A DNA stretch of 64,000 nucleotides from assembly GCA_035530815.1 (NCBI GenBank), contig DATKTZ010000042.1, forward strand, positions 7,810 to 71,809, read 5' to 3'. The position numbers were made by a program, and so were the translations under genes. The DNA comes from Acidimicrobiales bacterium (GTDB lineage Bacteria; Actinomycetota; Acidimicrobiia; Acidimicrobiales; RAAP-2). The notes under the pieces are model-generated. The model searched no databases. It had not been told where the DNA came from and worked only from the letters and a program-made list of their open reading frames with translations. The first letter of the stretch is position 1, and each line of letters begins with the position of its first letter. This document shows positions 39,890-49,375 of this stretch, piece after piece.

Positions 39890-39924
39890 CGAGGCCGCAA
39901 TTGTTAGCGAGGTAGTCTCTCGTC

Positions 39925-40518
39925 GTGACGCGAGACAAGATTCTTGAAGCCGCCGCCCACGAGATCGAACGTAATGGCCTCACCCAGTTCCGCGTCAAGC
40001 GGGTCGCCCTGGGGGCGGGCATTTCGGTCGCCCTGCTCTACAGCTACTTCGAGGACCGCGAGGATCTCATCGCGGCGACCATGGTGCACCGCTACCGTCA
40101 AGTCCTGCTCGGCAACGCCGAGACCTTCACCACGCCGCTGCGCGGCGTCGAGACCACCGACGACCTGCGCCGTGCGATCATCACGATCATCGCCGACGCC
40201 CAGACCCCCGAGCGCACCGAGGCGCGCGAGCTGCGCATCGAGGGGATGTCCTTCGCCCAGCACAACGTGACCGCGTCCAAGGGCATCGCCGCCGCCAAGG
40301 AGGAGGCCGGCGAACTCATCGTCAAGCACGTGCAACCCCTGGTCGACAAGAACCTGCTCGCCGAGGGAATGAGCGGCGTCGCCTTCGCACGAATCTGGTA
40401 CGCGCTCTTCTTCGGCCAAATCGCCCTCGAGGGCGAGAAGAACCTCGCCATCACCACCGAGGACTGGCTGCGGGCGCTGCACGTGATCGCCTACTCGATG
40501 GTGCGCTCGGAGTCGTAA
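39925..40518 (+). CDS. TetR/AcrR-family regulator
   Basis: N-terminal HTH ILEAA..VKRVA..AGISVALLYSYFEDREDL. Confidence 0.88.
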   Translation: MTRDKILEAAAHEIERNGLTQFRVKRVALGAGISVALLYSYFEDREDLIAATMVHRYRQVLLGNAETFTTPLRGVETTDDLRRAIITIIADAQTPERTEARELRIEGMSFAQHNVTASKGIAAAKEEAGELIVKHVQPLVDKNLLAEGMSGVAFARIWYALFFGQIALEGEKNLAITTEDWLRALHVIAYSMVRSES

Positions 40519-41123
40519 GACGCACGGATCGGCTCACCCGCGCGCGCGAGCGAGCCGATCCACACGAACAAGATGATGCCGAAGCCAACCTCGTAGATCA
40601 TCTCGCCCAACAACAGGTACGGGAAGTGCCAACTCGGCAGCGACGCCGCGGCGAGCAGCCCCCCGCCGAACTGCACCGCGAAGGCCACCAGCGCGAGCGC
40701 CGTGCGCTGGCGCGCGACGAGGGCGATCGCGATCGCGAGTTGCACCAGCGCCATGACCACTCCCGCGATCATGTGAGTCCAGTTCAGAAAAGTGCCCTGA
40801 TTGTAGGGGGTCGCGAGCAGGGCGAAGAGGCCGAGCCCCACCGCCCGGGTACCGCCCACCATCGGGGCCGGCGCACCCGCGTCGGCGTAGTACGAGGACA
40901 CCCGCCACAGCCCCAGCGCCGCGATCGAGTACCCGACGAGCAGGATCAGGATCGTGCGGTGATAGACGCCGTAGAACGAGATACCGTCGGTCTCGGCGAT
41001 GGCGGAGTGATCGATGGTGATGCACCAGACGAGCGCGAGAAAGAAGGACAGCTGGGTCAGCGCCAGCACGCGACGGGCACTGCGCGCCGCGTGCTCGGAC
41101 TGCGCGAGGTGCTCGATGGTCAC
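40491..41123 (-). CDS. hypothetical multi-pass membrane protein
   Basis: About 6 hydrophobic segments; GISFYG; follows ppa co-directionally. Confidence 0.65.
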   Translation of the reverse strand: MTIEHLAQSEHAARSARRVLALTQLSFFLALVWCITIDHSAIAETDGISFYGVYHRTILILLVGYSIAALGLWRVSSYYADAGAPAPMVGGTRAVGLGLFALLATPYNQGTFLNWTHMIAGVVMALVQLAIAIALVARQRTALALVAFAVQFGGGLLAAASLPSWHFPYLLLGEMIYEVGFGIILFVWIGSLARAGEPIRASYDSERTIE

Positions 41124-41142
41124 TCGCTCTCGCCGCCGGGGC

Positions 41143-41625
41143 CTAGGCCTGGTATCGGACCCGCGCCGCCTCCAGCTCCCGCAAGGCCTCGTCGCGCCCG
41201 ACCCAGTTCTCGACCTTCATCCACTTGCCCTCGTCCAGGTCCTTGTAGACGGTGAAGAAGTGGCTGATCCGGTCTAGATCGGCCTTGGGCACGTCACCGA
41301 TGTCGGTAGCCGACTTCCAGCGAGGGTCGTAGTCGGGCACGCCGATGAGCTTCTCGTCGGGACCGTGCTCGTCGGTCATGATGCACATGCCCAGGACCTT
41401 CACCTCGATCTGACAGCCGGGAAACGTCGGGAACTCGGTGAGCACCAGTATGTCGAGCGGGTCACCGTCGCCACCCAGGGTGTCGGGGATGAAGCCGTAC
41501 TCGGCGGGGTAACCCATCGAGACCAGCAGGTGACGATCCAGCTTGATCGCGTGGGTCTCGTGGTCGTACTCGTACTTGTTCTGGCTTCCTCGCGGAATCT
41601 CCACAATCGCGTTCACCGTCTCCAT
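41143..41625 (-). CDS. ppa: inorganic pyrophosphatase (family I)
   Basis: VEIPRGSQNKYE, YPAEYGFIPDTLGGDGDPLD, DEK, HFFTVYKDL. Confidence 0.95.
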   Translation of the reverse strand: METVNAIVEIPRGSQNKYEYDHETHAIKLDRHLLVSMGYPAEYGFIPDTLGGDGDPLDILVLTEFPTFPGCQIEVKVLGMCIMTDEHGPDEKLIGVPDYDPRWKSATDIGDVPKADLDRISHFFTVYKDLDEGKWMKVENWVGRDEALRELEAARVRYQA

Positions 41626-41785
41626 GTGCGTCGCTCCTTCTGGGAATGGCTGGCGCACCCTGACGCCTCGCGTGCCCATCGTAGCGAGACTGGCCGGGAC
41701 GAGGCGGCGGCCACGAGGAGCGTCCGACAACCCAGTTAGACTTTCAACGCGCGACAGGCAGTCGACATCGGACGAGGAGGTCCTG

Positions 41786-42640
41786 GTGGAACGTATTGGA
41801 GTAGTTGGCTGTGGTCTGATGGGCTCAGGCATCGCGGAGATCGCGGCGCGTTCGGGGGCTGACGTGATCGTGATCGAGCGCAACCCCGAGGCACTGGCCG
41901 CGGGCGTGGAGCGCATCGAACGTTCCTTGAACCGCGCCGTGAGTGCGGGCAAGGTGCCCGAGGAGGAGGCGAACAAGGCTCGGGGGAACCTGAGTTTCAC
42001 CGAGGACTTCACCCGTCTGGCCGACCGCCAGCTCGTCATCGAGGCCGTGGCCGAGGACGAGGCCACCAAGGTCCAGGTATTCAAGAAGCTCGACGCCGTG
42101 GTCAGCGACCCCGAAGCGATCCTCGCCACCAACACCTCGTCGATACCGATCATCAAGCTCGCCATGTCCACCCGCCGTCCCGAGCAGGTCATCGGCATGC
42201 ACTTCTTCAACCCGGTGCCGGTGCTGCGCCTGGTCGAAGTGATCTCCTCACTGCTGACCAGCCACGAGACCACCGCGCGGGTCCGCGAGTACGCGAGCGG
42301 ACCGCTGAACAAGCAGGTCATCACCTCACCCGACCGTGCCGGCTTCGTCGTGAACGCCCTGCTCATCCCCTATCTCCTGTCGGCGGTGCGGATGCTCGAG
42401 TCGGGCTTCGCCAGCGCCGAGGACATCGACACCGGCATGGTCGTGGGCTGCGCACACCCGCTCGGGCCACTGGCGCTGACCGACCTCATCGGGCTCGACA
42501 CCACCCTCGCGGTTGCCGAGTCACTGTACGAGGAGTTCAAGGAGTCGCACCTCGCGACACCACCGCTGCTCTCGCGCATGGTTCAGGCCGGTCTGCTGGG
42601 CCGCAAGAGCGGCCAGGGCTTCTACTCCTACAAGAAGTAG
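41786..42640 (+). CDS. 3-hydroxybutyryl-CoA dehydrogenase
   Basis: GVVGCGLMGSGIA, NTSSIPI, GMHFFNP, GFVVNALL, LGRKSGQGFY; GAGGAGG RBS. Confidence 0.92.
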   Translation: MERIGVVGCGLMGSGIAEIAARSGADVIVIERNPEALAAGVERIERSLNRAVSAGKVPEEEANKARGNLSFTEDFTRLADRQLVIEAVAEDEATKVQVFKKLDAVVSDPEAILATNTSSIPIIKLAMSTRRPEQVIGMHFFNPVPVLRLVEVISSLLTSHETTARVREYASGPLNKQVITSPDRAGFVVNALLIPYLLSAVRMLESGFASAEDIDTGMVVGCAHPLGPLALTDLIGLDTTLAVAESLYEEFKESHLATPPLLSRMVQAGLLGRKSGQGFYSYKK

Positions 42641-42704
42641 GCCCGCGCTGCGGTCCCGGTCGCCCCTCGAGAACTCCTAGCCTTATCCGAAAAGAGAGGT
42701 TCGC

Positions 42705-43553
42705 GTGTCCACCTACGTCGTGACGCTGCAGTGCGCCGATGCCCCGGGCATCGTGCGCGCCGCCAGCAACGCCATCTTCGCGGTGGGGGGCAACATCCTC
42801 GAGAATGACCAGTTCACCGATCCGGTGACCGGTCAGTTCTGCATGCGCACGCGCTTCGAGAGCGAACTCACCGACGAGGACGCGGTGCGCGAGCAGCTCG
42901 AGCGCGACCTGGCGGGCTTCTCGCCGACCCTCGGCATTCGCTTCGAGCAAGAGCGCCGCCGCGCGCTCGTGATGGTGTCCACCTTCGACCACTGCCTGTC
43001 GGACCTGCTGTACCGCCGCGAACAGGGCGACCTGCCCCTGGACATCGTGGCGGTGGTGAGCAACCACCCCGACTGCGCCCCGCTCGCCGAGCGCTACGGC
43101 GTGCCCTTCTTCGAAATTCCGGTGACCCCCAGGACCAAGTCAGCCGCCGAGGACGATCTGCGCTCACTGCTCGAGCAGTTCGACGTCGACTTCGTGGTGC
43201 TGGCGCGCTACATGCAGATCCTCTCGCGCGAACTCTGCGAGGAGTTGAGCGGACGCGTCATCAACATCCACCACTCGTTCCTACCCGGCTTCAAGGGCGC
43301 GCGCCCGTACCACCAGGCCTACGAGCGCGGCGTCAAGCTCATCGGCGCCACCGCGCACTTCGTGACCGCGAACCTCGACGAAGGACCGATCATCGAACAG
43401 GACGTCGTACGTGTCACCCACGCCCGCCGTCCCGCCGACCTGGTCGCATTGGGGCGCGACATCGAGCGCACCGTGCTGGCGCGCGCCGTGCGCCTGGTGG
43501 CCGAGGACCGCGTCACGATCGTGGGCAGTCGAACGGTGATCTTCTCGCAGTGA
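42705..43553 (+). CDS. purU: formyltetrahydrofolate deformylase
   Basis: N-terminal ACT domain; HCLSDLL, LARYMQIL, INIHHSFLPGFKGARPYHQA, LDEGPIIEQ. Confidence 0.95.
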   Translation: MSTYVVTLQCADAPGIVRAASNAIFAVGGNILENDQFTDPVTGQFCMRTRFESELTDEDAVREQLERDLAGFSPTLGIRFEQERRRALVMVSTFDHCLSDLLYRREQGDLPLDIVAVVSNHPDCAPLAERYGVPFFEIPVTPRTKSAAEDDLRSLLEQFDVDFVVLARYMQILSRELCEELSGRVINIHHSFLPGFKGARPYHQAYERGVKLIGATAHFVTANLDEGPIIEQDVVRVTHARRPADLVALGRDIERTVLARAVRLVAEDRVTIVGSRTVIFSQ

Positions 43554-44789
43554 TCAGGTGACCGGGTTGCGCAGCGCGAAGCGCGCGGCCAGGTAGGCCT
43601 CGGACTCCATCACCTCGACCAGGTGGTCGACGGCGTCATAGACGTCCACGTAGCGCAGAAACAGCGGCGCGAAGCCGAAACGCGCGATAGCGGGGTCACG
43701 AAAGTCGCCGATCACACCGCGCTCGATGAGCGCCTGAACGACGCCGTAGGCGTGGGTGTGGCGCAGCGAGACCTGGCTGGCGCGCTTGGCGTGTTCGCGG
43801 GGGGTGACGAGCTCGAAGACCCCCGCCAGACGATGCTCGACCAGGTCGATGAACAGGTCGGTCATTGCCAAACTCTTGGCGCGGGCCTTCTCGATGCTCG
43901 TGCGGTTCCAGACCTCGAGCGCCCCGTCCAGCGCGGCGAGCGCGATCATCGACGGCGACGACGTGACGAAGGCCTGCATGCCGGATGCGGGAACGTACTC
44001 GAGCTCGAAGTCGAAGGGCCGCGCGTGACCCAGCCAGCCCGGCAGCGGGTTCTCGAGCACCCCCTGCCACGACGAGCGCACGTACATGAAGCCCGGCGCG
44101 CCCGGTCCGCCGTTGAGGTACTTGTAGGTGCAGCCCGCGGCGAAGTCCACGTTGGCGTCACTCACGTCAAGTGGCACCGCGCCCGTGGAATGGGCGAAGT
44201 CCCAGAGCATGAGGGCCCCGTGGGCGTGGACCCGCTCGGTGATGCCCTTCATGTCCAGCATCTCGCCGGTGCGAAAGTCAACGTGGGTCAACATCACCAG
44301 GGCGACGTCAGCGCTGAGCTCGGCGTCGAGCGAAGAGCGCTCGATGGTCTTGACCACGACGTCGCGCCCGGCGCGCGCGGCCATCGCGCGCACGATGTAG
44401 AGGTCGGAGTGGAAGTTCGCCACGTCGGTCAGCACCACGTGGCGCTCGGGTAGTAGGGCCAGCGCGCCACCGATGAGCTTGGCCAACGCCAAGGTCAGGG
44501 TGTCGGCGACCACCACTTCCCCGGCACGGGCGCCAATCAGGGGGGCCAGGTGATCGCCGATGCGCGTGGGTGCGGCCATCCAGCCCGCCGCGTTCCAACT
44601 GCCCACCAGCCCGTGGGCCCACTCGGTGTCGATGACCTCCAGCACGCGTCGGCGCGCCGACGCCGACACCGGACCTAGTGAGTTGCCGTCGAGGTACACA
44701 ATGTCATCAGGCATGATGAACTCCTCGCGCAGTGCGCGAAGTTCATCGACCCCGTCGAGGGCCACACAGTCTTCACGAGTAGTCACCAC
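43554..44789 (-). CDS. kynU: kynureninase
   Basis: YLDGNSLG, WDFAHSTGAVP, GCTYKYLNGGPG, GVIGDFR. Confidence 0.93.
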   Translation of the reverse strand: MVTTREDCVALDGVDELRALREEFIMPDDIVYLDGNSLGPVSASARRRVLEVIDTEWAHGLVGSWNAAGWMAAPTRIGDHLAPLIGARAGEVVVADTLTLALAKLIGGALALLPERHVVLTDVANFHSDLYIVRAMAARAGRDVVVKTIERSSLDAELSADVALVMLTHVDFRTGEMLDMKGITERVHAHGALMLWDFAHSTGAVPLDVSDANVDFAAGCTYKYLNGGPGAPGFMYVRSSWQGVLENPLPGWLGHARPFDFELEYVPASGMQAFVTSSPSMIALAALDGALEVWNRTSIEKARAKSLAMTDLFIDLVEHRLAGVFELVTPREHAKRASQVSLRHTHAYGVVQALIERGVIGDFRDPAIARFGFAPLFLRYVDVYDAVDHLVEVMESEAYLAARFALRNPVT

Positions 44790-44866
44790 GCCGACCTCAC
44801 CTTCATCGCCGCGCCCGCGCGGGCACGATTCCCAAGATACGCCACAGGTGGCGGGTCGGCGCCGCG

Positions 44867-46546
44867 CTAGGGGCGAGTCAGTGGCTTGTAGTGCATACGG
44901 TGTGGTTGGTCGGCGTCGGTGCCGAGACGCTTGTGACGCTCGACCTCGTAGTCCGAGAAGTTGCCCTCAAACCAGCGGACCTCCGCATCGCCCTCGAAGG
45001 CCAGGACGTGGGTCGAGATCCGGTCGAGGAACCATCGGTCGTGGCTGATGACGACTACGCAGCCCGGGAAGTCCAAGAGGGCGTCTTCGAGCGCGCGCAG
45101 GGTGTCGACGTCCAGGTCGTTAGTGGGCTCGTCGAGCAGGAGCACGTTGCCCCCGCTGCGCAGCACCTTGGCGAGTTGAACCCGGTTGCGCTCGCCGCCC
45201 GAGAGCTCACCCACCTTCTTCTGCTGGTCGCTGCCCTTGAAACCGAAGCTGGCCACGTAGGCACGCGCCAGCAGCTCACGGTTGCCCACCACAATCCGAT
45301 CCTGGCCCGCGGCGATCTCGTCGAACACCGTCGCGTCGGCGTCGAGGCCGTCGCGCGACTGGTCGACGTAGGCGAAGACCACGGTGCTGCCGACTTCGAT
45401 GGCTCCCGAATCGGCCTTCTCCTCGCCAATGAGCATCTTGAACAGGGTGGTCTTACCGGCCCCGTTGGCCCCGATGACCCCCACGATGCCGCCGGGGGGC
45501 AGCAGGAACGATAGGTCCTCCATCAAGAGTCGATCGTCGAAGCTCTTGACCAACTCCGACGCGTTAACCACGACGTCGCCCAGGCGTGGACCCGGCGGGA
45601 TCGCAATCTCGAGCCTGTCAGCACGTCGATCGGCCGCCTCGGACTGCGCGACGAGCTCCTTGAAGGCGCTCAGACGCGCCTTACCCTTGCTCTGGCGCGC
45701 GCGCGGCGACATCCGGATCCACTCGAGTTCGCGCTCCAGCGCGGCCTGACGCGCCTTGTCGGCCTTCTCCTCGGCCGCCAGCCGGGCCTGCTTCTGCTCG
45801 AGCCACGACGAGTAGTTACCCTCCCACGGAATGCCCCGGCCGCGATCGAGCTCGAGGATCCACGACGCCGCGTTGTCCAAGAAGTAACGGTCGTGAGTGA
45901 TCGCTACCACGGTGCCGCTGTAGTCCTGCAGGGCGCGCTCCAGCCAGGCCACCGATTCAGCGTCGAGATGGTTCGTGGGCTCGTCGAGCAGCAAGAGGTC
46001 GGGCTTGGACAGCAGGAGCCGGCACAGCGCGACACGGCGACGCTCACCACCCGACAGTTTGGTCACATCGGCGTCGGCCGGGGGCAGGCGCAGGGCGTCC
46101 ATCGCGATCTCCAGAGTGCGCTCAAGGTCCCACGCGCCCAGTGCGTCGATCCTAGTCTGCAGGTCCGCCTGTTCGCCGAGTAGCGCGTCGAAGTCGGCGT
46201 CGGGGTCCGCGAACCCGGCGCAGACCTCGTTGTAGCGCGCGAGCAGGTCACGCTGCTCGGCGACACCGTCGGCCACGTTGCCCACGACGTCCTTGGCGGG
46301 ATCGAGCTGGGGCTCCTGGGGCAAGTAGCCGACGCTGAAGCCGGACGTCAGGCGGGCCTCGCCGGTGAAGCCGTCGTCGAGGCCCGCCATGATGCGAAGC
46401 AGCGATGACTTGCCCGATCCGTTCGAGCCGATGACGCCGATCTTGGCCCCAGGATAGAAGGAGAGGTTGATGCCCTTGAGCACCTCGCGGTCGGGCGGAT
46501 AAAAACGGCGAAGGTCTCGCATCGTGTAAATGAACTGGGCAACCAT
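44867..46546 (-). CDS. ettA: ABC-F translational throttle ATPase
   Basis: AQFIYTM, LSFYPGAKIG, two NBDs, ELEWIRMSPRARQSKGKARL linker. Confidence 0.93.
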   Translation of the reverse strand: MVAQFIYTMRDLRRFYPPDREVLKGINLSFYPGAKIGVIGSNGSGKSSLLRIMAGLDDGFTGEARLTSGFSVGYLPQEPQLDPAKDVVGNVADGVAEQRDLLARYNEVCAGFADPDADFDALLGEQADLQTRIDALGAWDLERTLEIAMDALRLPPADADVTKLSGGERRRVALCRLLLSKPDLLLLDEPTNHLDAESVAWLERALQDYSGTVVAITHDRYFLDNAASWILELDRGRGIPWEGNYSSWLEQKQARLAAEEKADKARQAALERELEWIRMSPRARQSKGKARLSAFKELVAQSEAADRRADRLEIAIPPGPRLGDVVVNASELVKSFDDRLLMEDLSFLLPPGGIVGVIGANGAGKTTLFKMLIGEEKADSGAIEVGSTVVFAYVDQSRDGLDADATVFDEIAAGQDRIVVGNRELLARAYVASFGFKGSDQQKKVGELSGGERNRVQLAKVLRSGGNVLLLDEPTNDLDVDTLRALEDALLDFPGCVVVISHDRWFLDRISTHVLAFEGDAEVRWFEGNFSDYEVERHKRLGTDADQPHRMHYKPLTRP

Positions 46547-46630
46547 GCCCTCCAGTGTGGCGCAAAACCCGCGTGACGATGACACAGCCAGACGCTTGAA
46601 CGATCAAACCGCACCGATACGCTCACCCCC

Positions 46631-48055
46631 ATGCCCTCAAGCACCACCCACGCGCACCGTCACGCCCCCGATTGGATCATCCTGTCGATCGCGTGCCTCG
46701 CGCAGTTCATGGTCGTGCTCGACGTCTCGATCGTGAACGTGGCCCTGCCCTCGATGCAGCGTGACCTGCACTTCACGATGGCCAACGCCCAGTGGGTGGT
46801 GAACGCGTACGTCTTGACCTTCGCCGGGTTCCTGCTGTTGGGGGGACGCGCGGCGGACATCTTCGGGCGCCGGCGCGTCTACCTGGTCGGCCTCGGTCTG
46901 TTCACCCTGGCGAGTGTCGGCGCCGGATTCGCCACCAACGGTACCGAGATCGTGAGCGTGCGCGCGCTCCAGGGTATTGGCGGGGCGATCCTGTCGCCCG
47001 CCACCCTGACCATCATCGTGACGACTTTCCACGGAGCCCGACTGCCCAAGGCTCTCGGCGTGTGGAGCGCCGTGGCCGGCGCCGGCGGCGCGGTGGGTGG
47101 TCTGCTGGGTGGGATTCTCACGGGCTGGGTGTCGTGGCGATGGGTCTTTTTCATCAACGTGCCCATCGGCGTGATGGCCACCGTGGTGGCGCTCATGTAT
47201 CTGCGTGAGATGCGCAACCGCGACGCCACCGTCAAACTGGACCTCACCGGCGCCGCCCTCGTCACCGCCTCGCTGGCGGCGCTGATCTACGGCGTCGTGA
47301 ACACCACCACCCAGGGCTGGTCCTCATCGCCGACCCTGACCTGGTTCGTCGGCGGCGGTGCCGGGCTCATCGCCTTCGCGATCTGGGAGACCCAGGTCGC
47401 TTCGCACCCGCTGGTGCCCTTTCGGATCTTCCAGTCGCGTGGTCTGGCCACCGCCAACGTGGTCATGTTCCTCATCGGGGGGGCCTTCTTCGCGATGTGG
47501 TACTTCTTGACTTTCTATTACCAGTACATCCTCGGCTACGGCGCCGTGAAGGCGGGCTTTGCCTTCTTGCCGATGTCGGTCGCGGTCATCGCGGGCGCCC
47601 AGATCAGCTCGCGGCTGCTCGCGCGCGTACACGCCAGACCGCTGTTGATCGTGGGCACCACGTTGGGCACCGTGGGCTTCGTGTGGATGTCGCTCATCGA
47701 ACCGCACAGTTCGTACTGGGCGGCCGTGCTCGCGCCGTCGATGCTCTGCGCCTTCGCGATGGGGTTGCTCTTCACGCCACTCGCCAGTGCCGCCACCACG
47801 GGCGTGGACCGGGCCGACGCGGGGCTTGCTTCGGGCGTGCTCAACACCGCGCGTCAGCTCGGTGGCTCGCTGTCGCTCGCCATCCTGGGTACGATCGCCG
47901 CGGATCAGAGCGCGCGGTTCCTGCACCGCACCTCGAGCGCGGCACTCGTGAGCGGTTACCAGCGAGCGTTTCAGGTCTCAGCCCTGATCACCCTCGTCGC
48001 CCTCGCGGCGAGTCTGGCTGTGCCGCGGCTCATCGAGCCCCACCCCAACCACTGA
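46631..48055 (+). CDS. DHA2 (EmrB/QacA-type) MFS transporter
   Basis: QFMVVLDVSIVNVALPSM, GGRAADIFGRRR, WRWVFFINVPIG, ASGVLNTARQLGG. Confidence 0.9.
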   Translation: MPSSTTHAHRHAPDWIILSIACLAQFMVVLDVSIVNVALPSMQRDLHFTMANAQWVVNAYVLTFAGFLLLGGRAADIFGRRRVYLVGLGLFTLASVGAGFATNGTEIVSVRALQGIGGAILSPATLTIIVTTFHGARLPKALGVWSAVAGAGGAVGGLLGGILTGWVSWRWVFFINVPIGVMATVVALMYLREMRNRDATVKLDLTGAALVTASLAALIYGVVNTTTQGWSSSPTLTWFVGGGAGLIAFAIWETQVASHPLVPFRIFQSRGLATANVVMFLIGGAFFAMWYFLTFYYQYILGYGAVKAGFAFLPMSVAVIAGAQISSRLLARVHARPLLIVGTTLGTVGFVWMSLIEPHSSYWAAVLAPSMLCAFAMGLLFTPLASAATTGVDRADAGLASGVLNTARQLGGSLSLAILGTIAADQSARFLHRTSSAALVSGYQRAFQVSALITLVALAASLAVPRLIEPHPNH

Positions 48056-48201
48056 ATTCTTGGTCGCGCGGACCCTCTCTCGCCCCTCCAATCAGGGCTA
48101 GTGTCGCCTTGACAAGAAACCAACCGTGTGGACTACCAAGTCGGGGCGAGCACACGGCCCAACCAATCCTGTGGAGGAACTGCATGCAAAAGGAAGAAGC
48201 A

Positions 48202-49296
48202 ATGGCGAGCGTTCGACGCATCGGCTCGTGGCTGGGAACCGTGACACTGGTTCTCGGGACACTCACGATGGGTGTCGCATCGACGGCCGTGACGGCATCG
48301 GGCGCCACCAAGTTCAAGGCCTGCGTGGTCACCGACACCGGCGGCATCAACGACAAGTCGTTCAACGCCTCAGCGTGGAAGGGCATGGAGGACGCCAAGG
48401 CCAAGAACAAGAACATCGAGATCTCGTACCTCTCGTCGACCTCGTCATCGGACTACGCGCCCAACATCAACAGCTTCATCCACAAGGGCTGCGGCATCAT
48501 CGTCACGGTGGGCTTCTTGATGGACAAGGCCACGAAGAATGCCTCCAACGCGAACCGCAAGCAGAAGTTTGCGATCGTTGACGACGCGCCCCAGACCAAG
48601 TCCAAGAACGTGCTCGCCCTGCAGTACCAGACCGACCAGGGCGCCTTCCTCGGCGGTTACCTGGCGGCGGCCTCGACCAAGACCGGCACCGTGGCCACCT
48701 ACGGCGGTATGCAGTTCCCCAGCGTCACCATGTACATGAACGGCTTCGTGGCCGGCGTGCGCTACTACAACAAGACCAAGGGCGCGTCGGTGAAGGTGCT
48801 CGGCTGGACGCCCGCCAAGGGAAAGTGCACCCTCGCCAAGTGTGACGGCTCGGGTCAGTTCGTCGGCAACTTCACGGACCAGACCGCGGGCCAGACCATC
48901 ACCGCGAACGACTTCGCCGGTGGCGCCGACATCGTGTTCCCGGTCGCCGGCTCGGTCGGCCTCGGTTCGGTCGCCGCGGCTCAGAAAGCCGGTACGGGTC
49001 ACAGCGTGATGTGGGTCGACACCAACGGTTGCGTCAGCGACAAGCAGTACTGCTCGTCGTTCATCGGGAGCGTGGTCAAGGGCGTCGAGCCCTCAGTGCG
49101 CGACGCCGTGCTGTTGGCCGCGTCGGGCAAGTTCAAGGGCGGCACCTACTTGGGCACGCTCAAGAACCAGGGCACCGGCTTCACCTACGGCGGCATCAAG
49201 GTGCCCGGCTCACTGAAGAAGATGATCACGAAGATCACCAAGGGCATCATCGCCGGGAAGATCTCGGTGAACCCGAACTCCTATCCCGCGAGCTGA
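48202..49296 (+). CDS. BMP-family nucleoside ABC substrate-binding protein
   Basis: DTGGINDKSFN, VGF, GAFLGGYLAA, GADIVFPVAG, WVD; AAAGGAAG RBS. Confidence 0.88.
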   Translation: MASVRRIGSWLGTVTLVLGTLTMGVASTAVTASGATKFKACVVTDTGGINDKSFNASAWKGMEDAKAKNKNIEISYLSSTSSSDYAPNINSFIHKGCGIIVTVGFLMDKATKNASNANRKQKFAIVDDAPQTKSKNVLALQYQTDQGAFLGGYLAAASTKTGTVATYGGMQFPSVTMYMNGFVAGVRYYNKTKGASVKVLGWTPAKGKCTLAKCDGSGQFVGNFTDQTAGQTITANDFAGGADIVFPVAGSVGLGSVAAAQKAGTGHSVMWVDTNGCVSDKQYCSSFIGSVVKGVEPSVRDAVLLAASGKFKGGTYLGTLKNQGTGFTYGGIKVPGSLKKMITKITKGIIAGKISVNPNSYPAS

Positions 49297-49313
49297 CCCT
49301 CGCCCACGAGCAC

Positions 49314-49364
49314 TAGCCACGACAACAGCCCGGGTCTCAAGGACCCGGGCTGTTGTCGTGGCTA
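49314..49364 (+). terminator. 23-bp perfect hairpin after the binding-protein gene (terminator or mRNA-stabilising stem)
   Basis: TAGCCACGACAACAGCCCGGGTC-TCAAG-GACCCGGGCTGTTGTCGTGGCTA. Confidence 0.75.
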
Positions 49365-49375
49365 CGATAACCCTG

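Noticed and set aside
47497-48201. N-terminal extensions suggesting fusions (47497-49296, 50918-53449, 19666-21447, 41143-42366, 34064-35578)
   Set aside because: The extensions overlap other real genes; internal starts with RBS or coupling explain the true proteins
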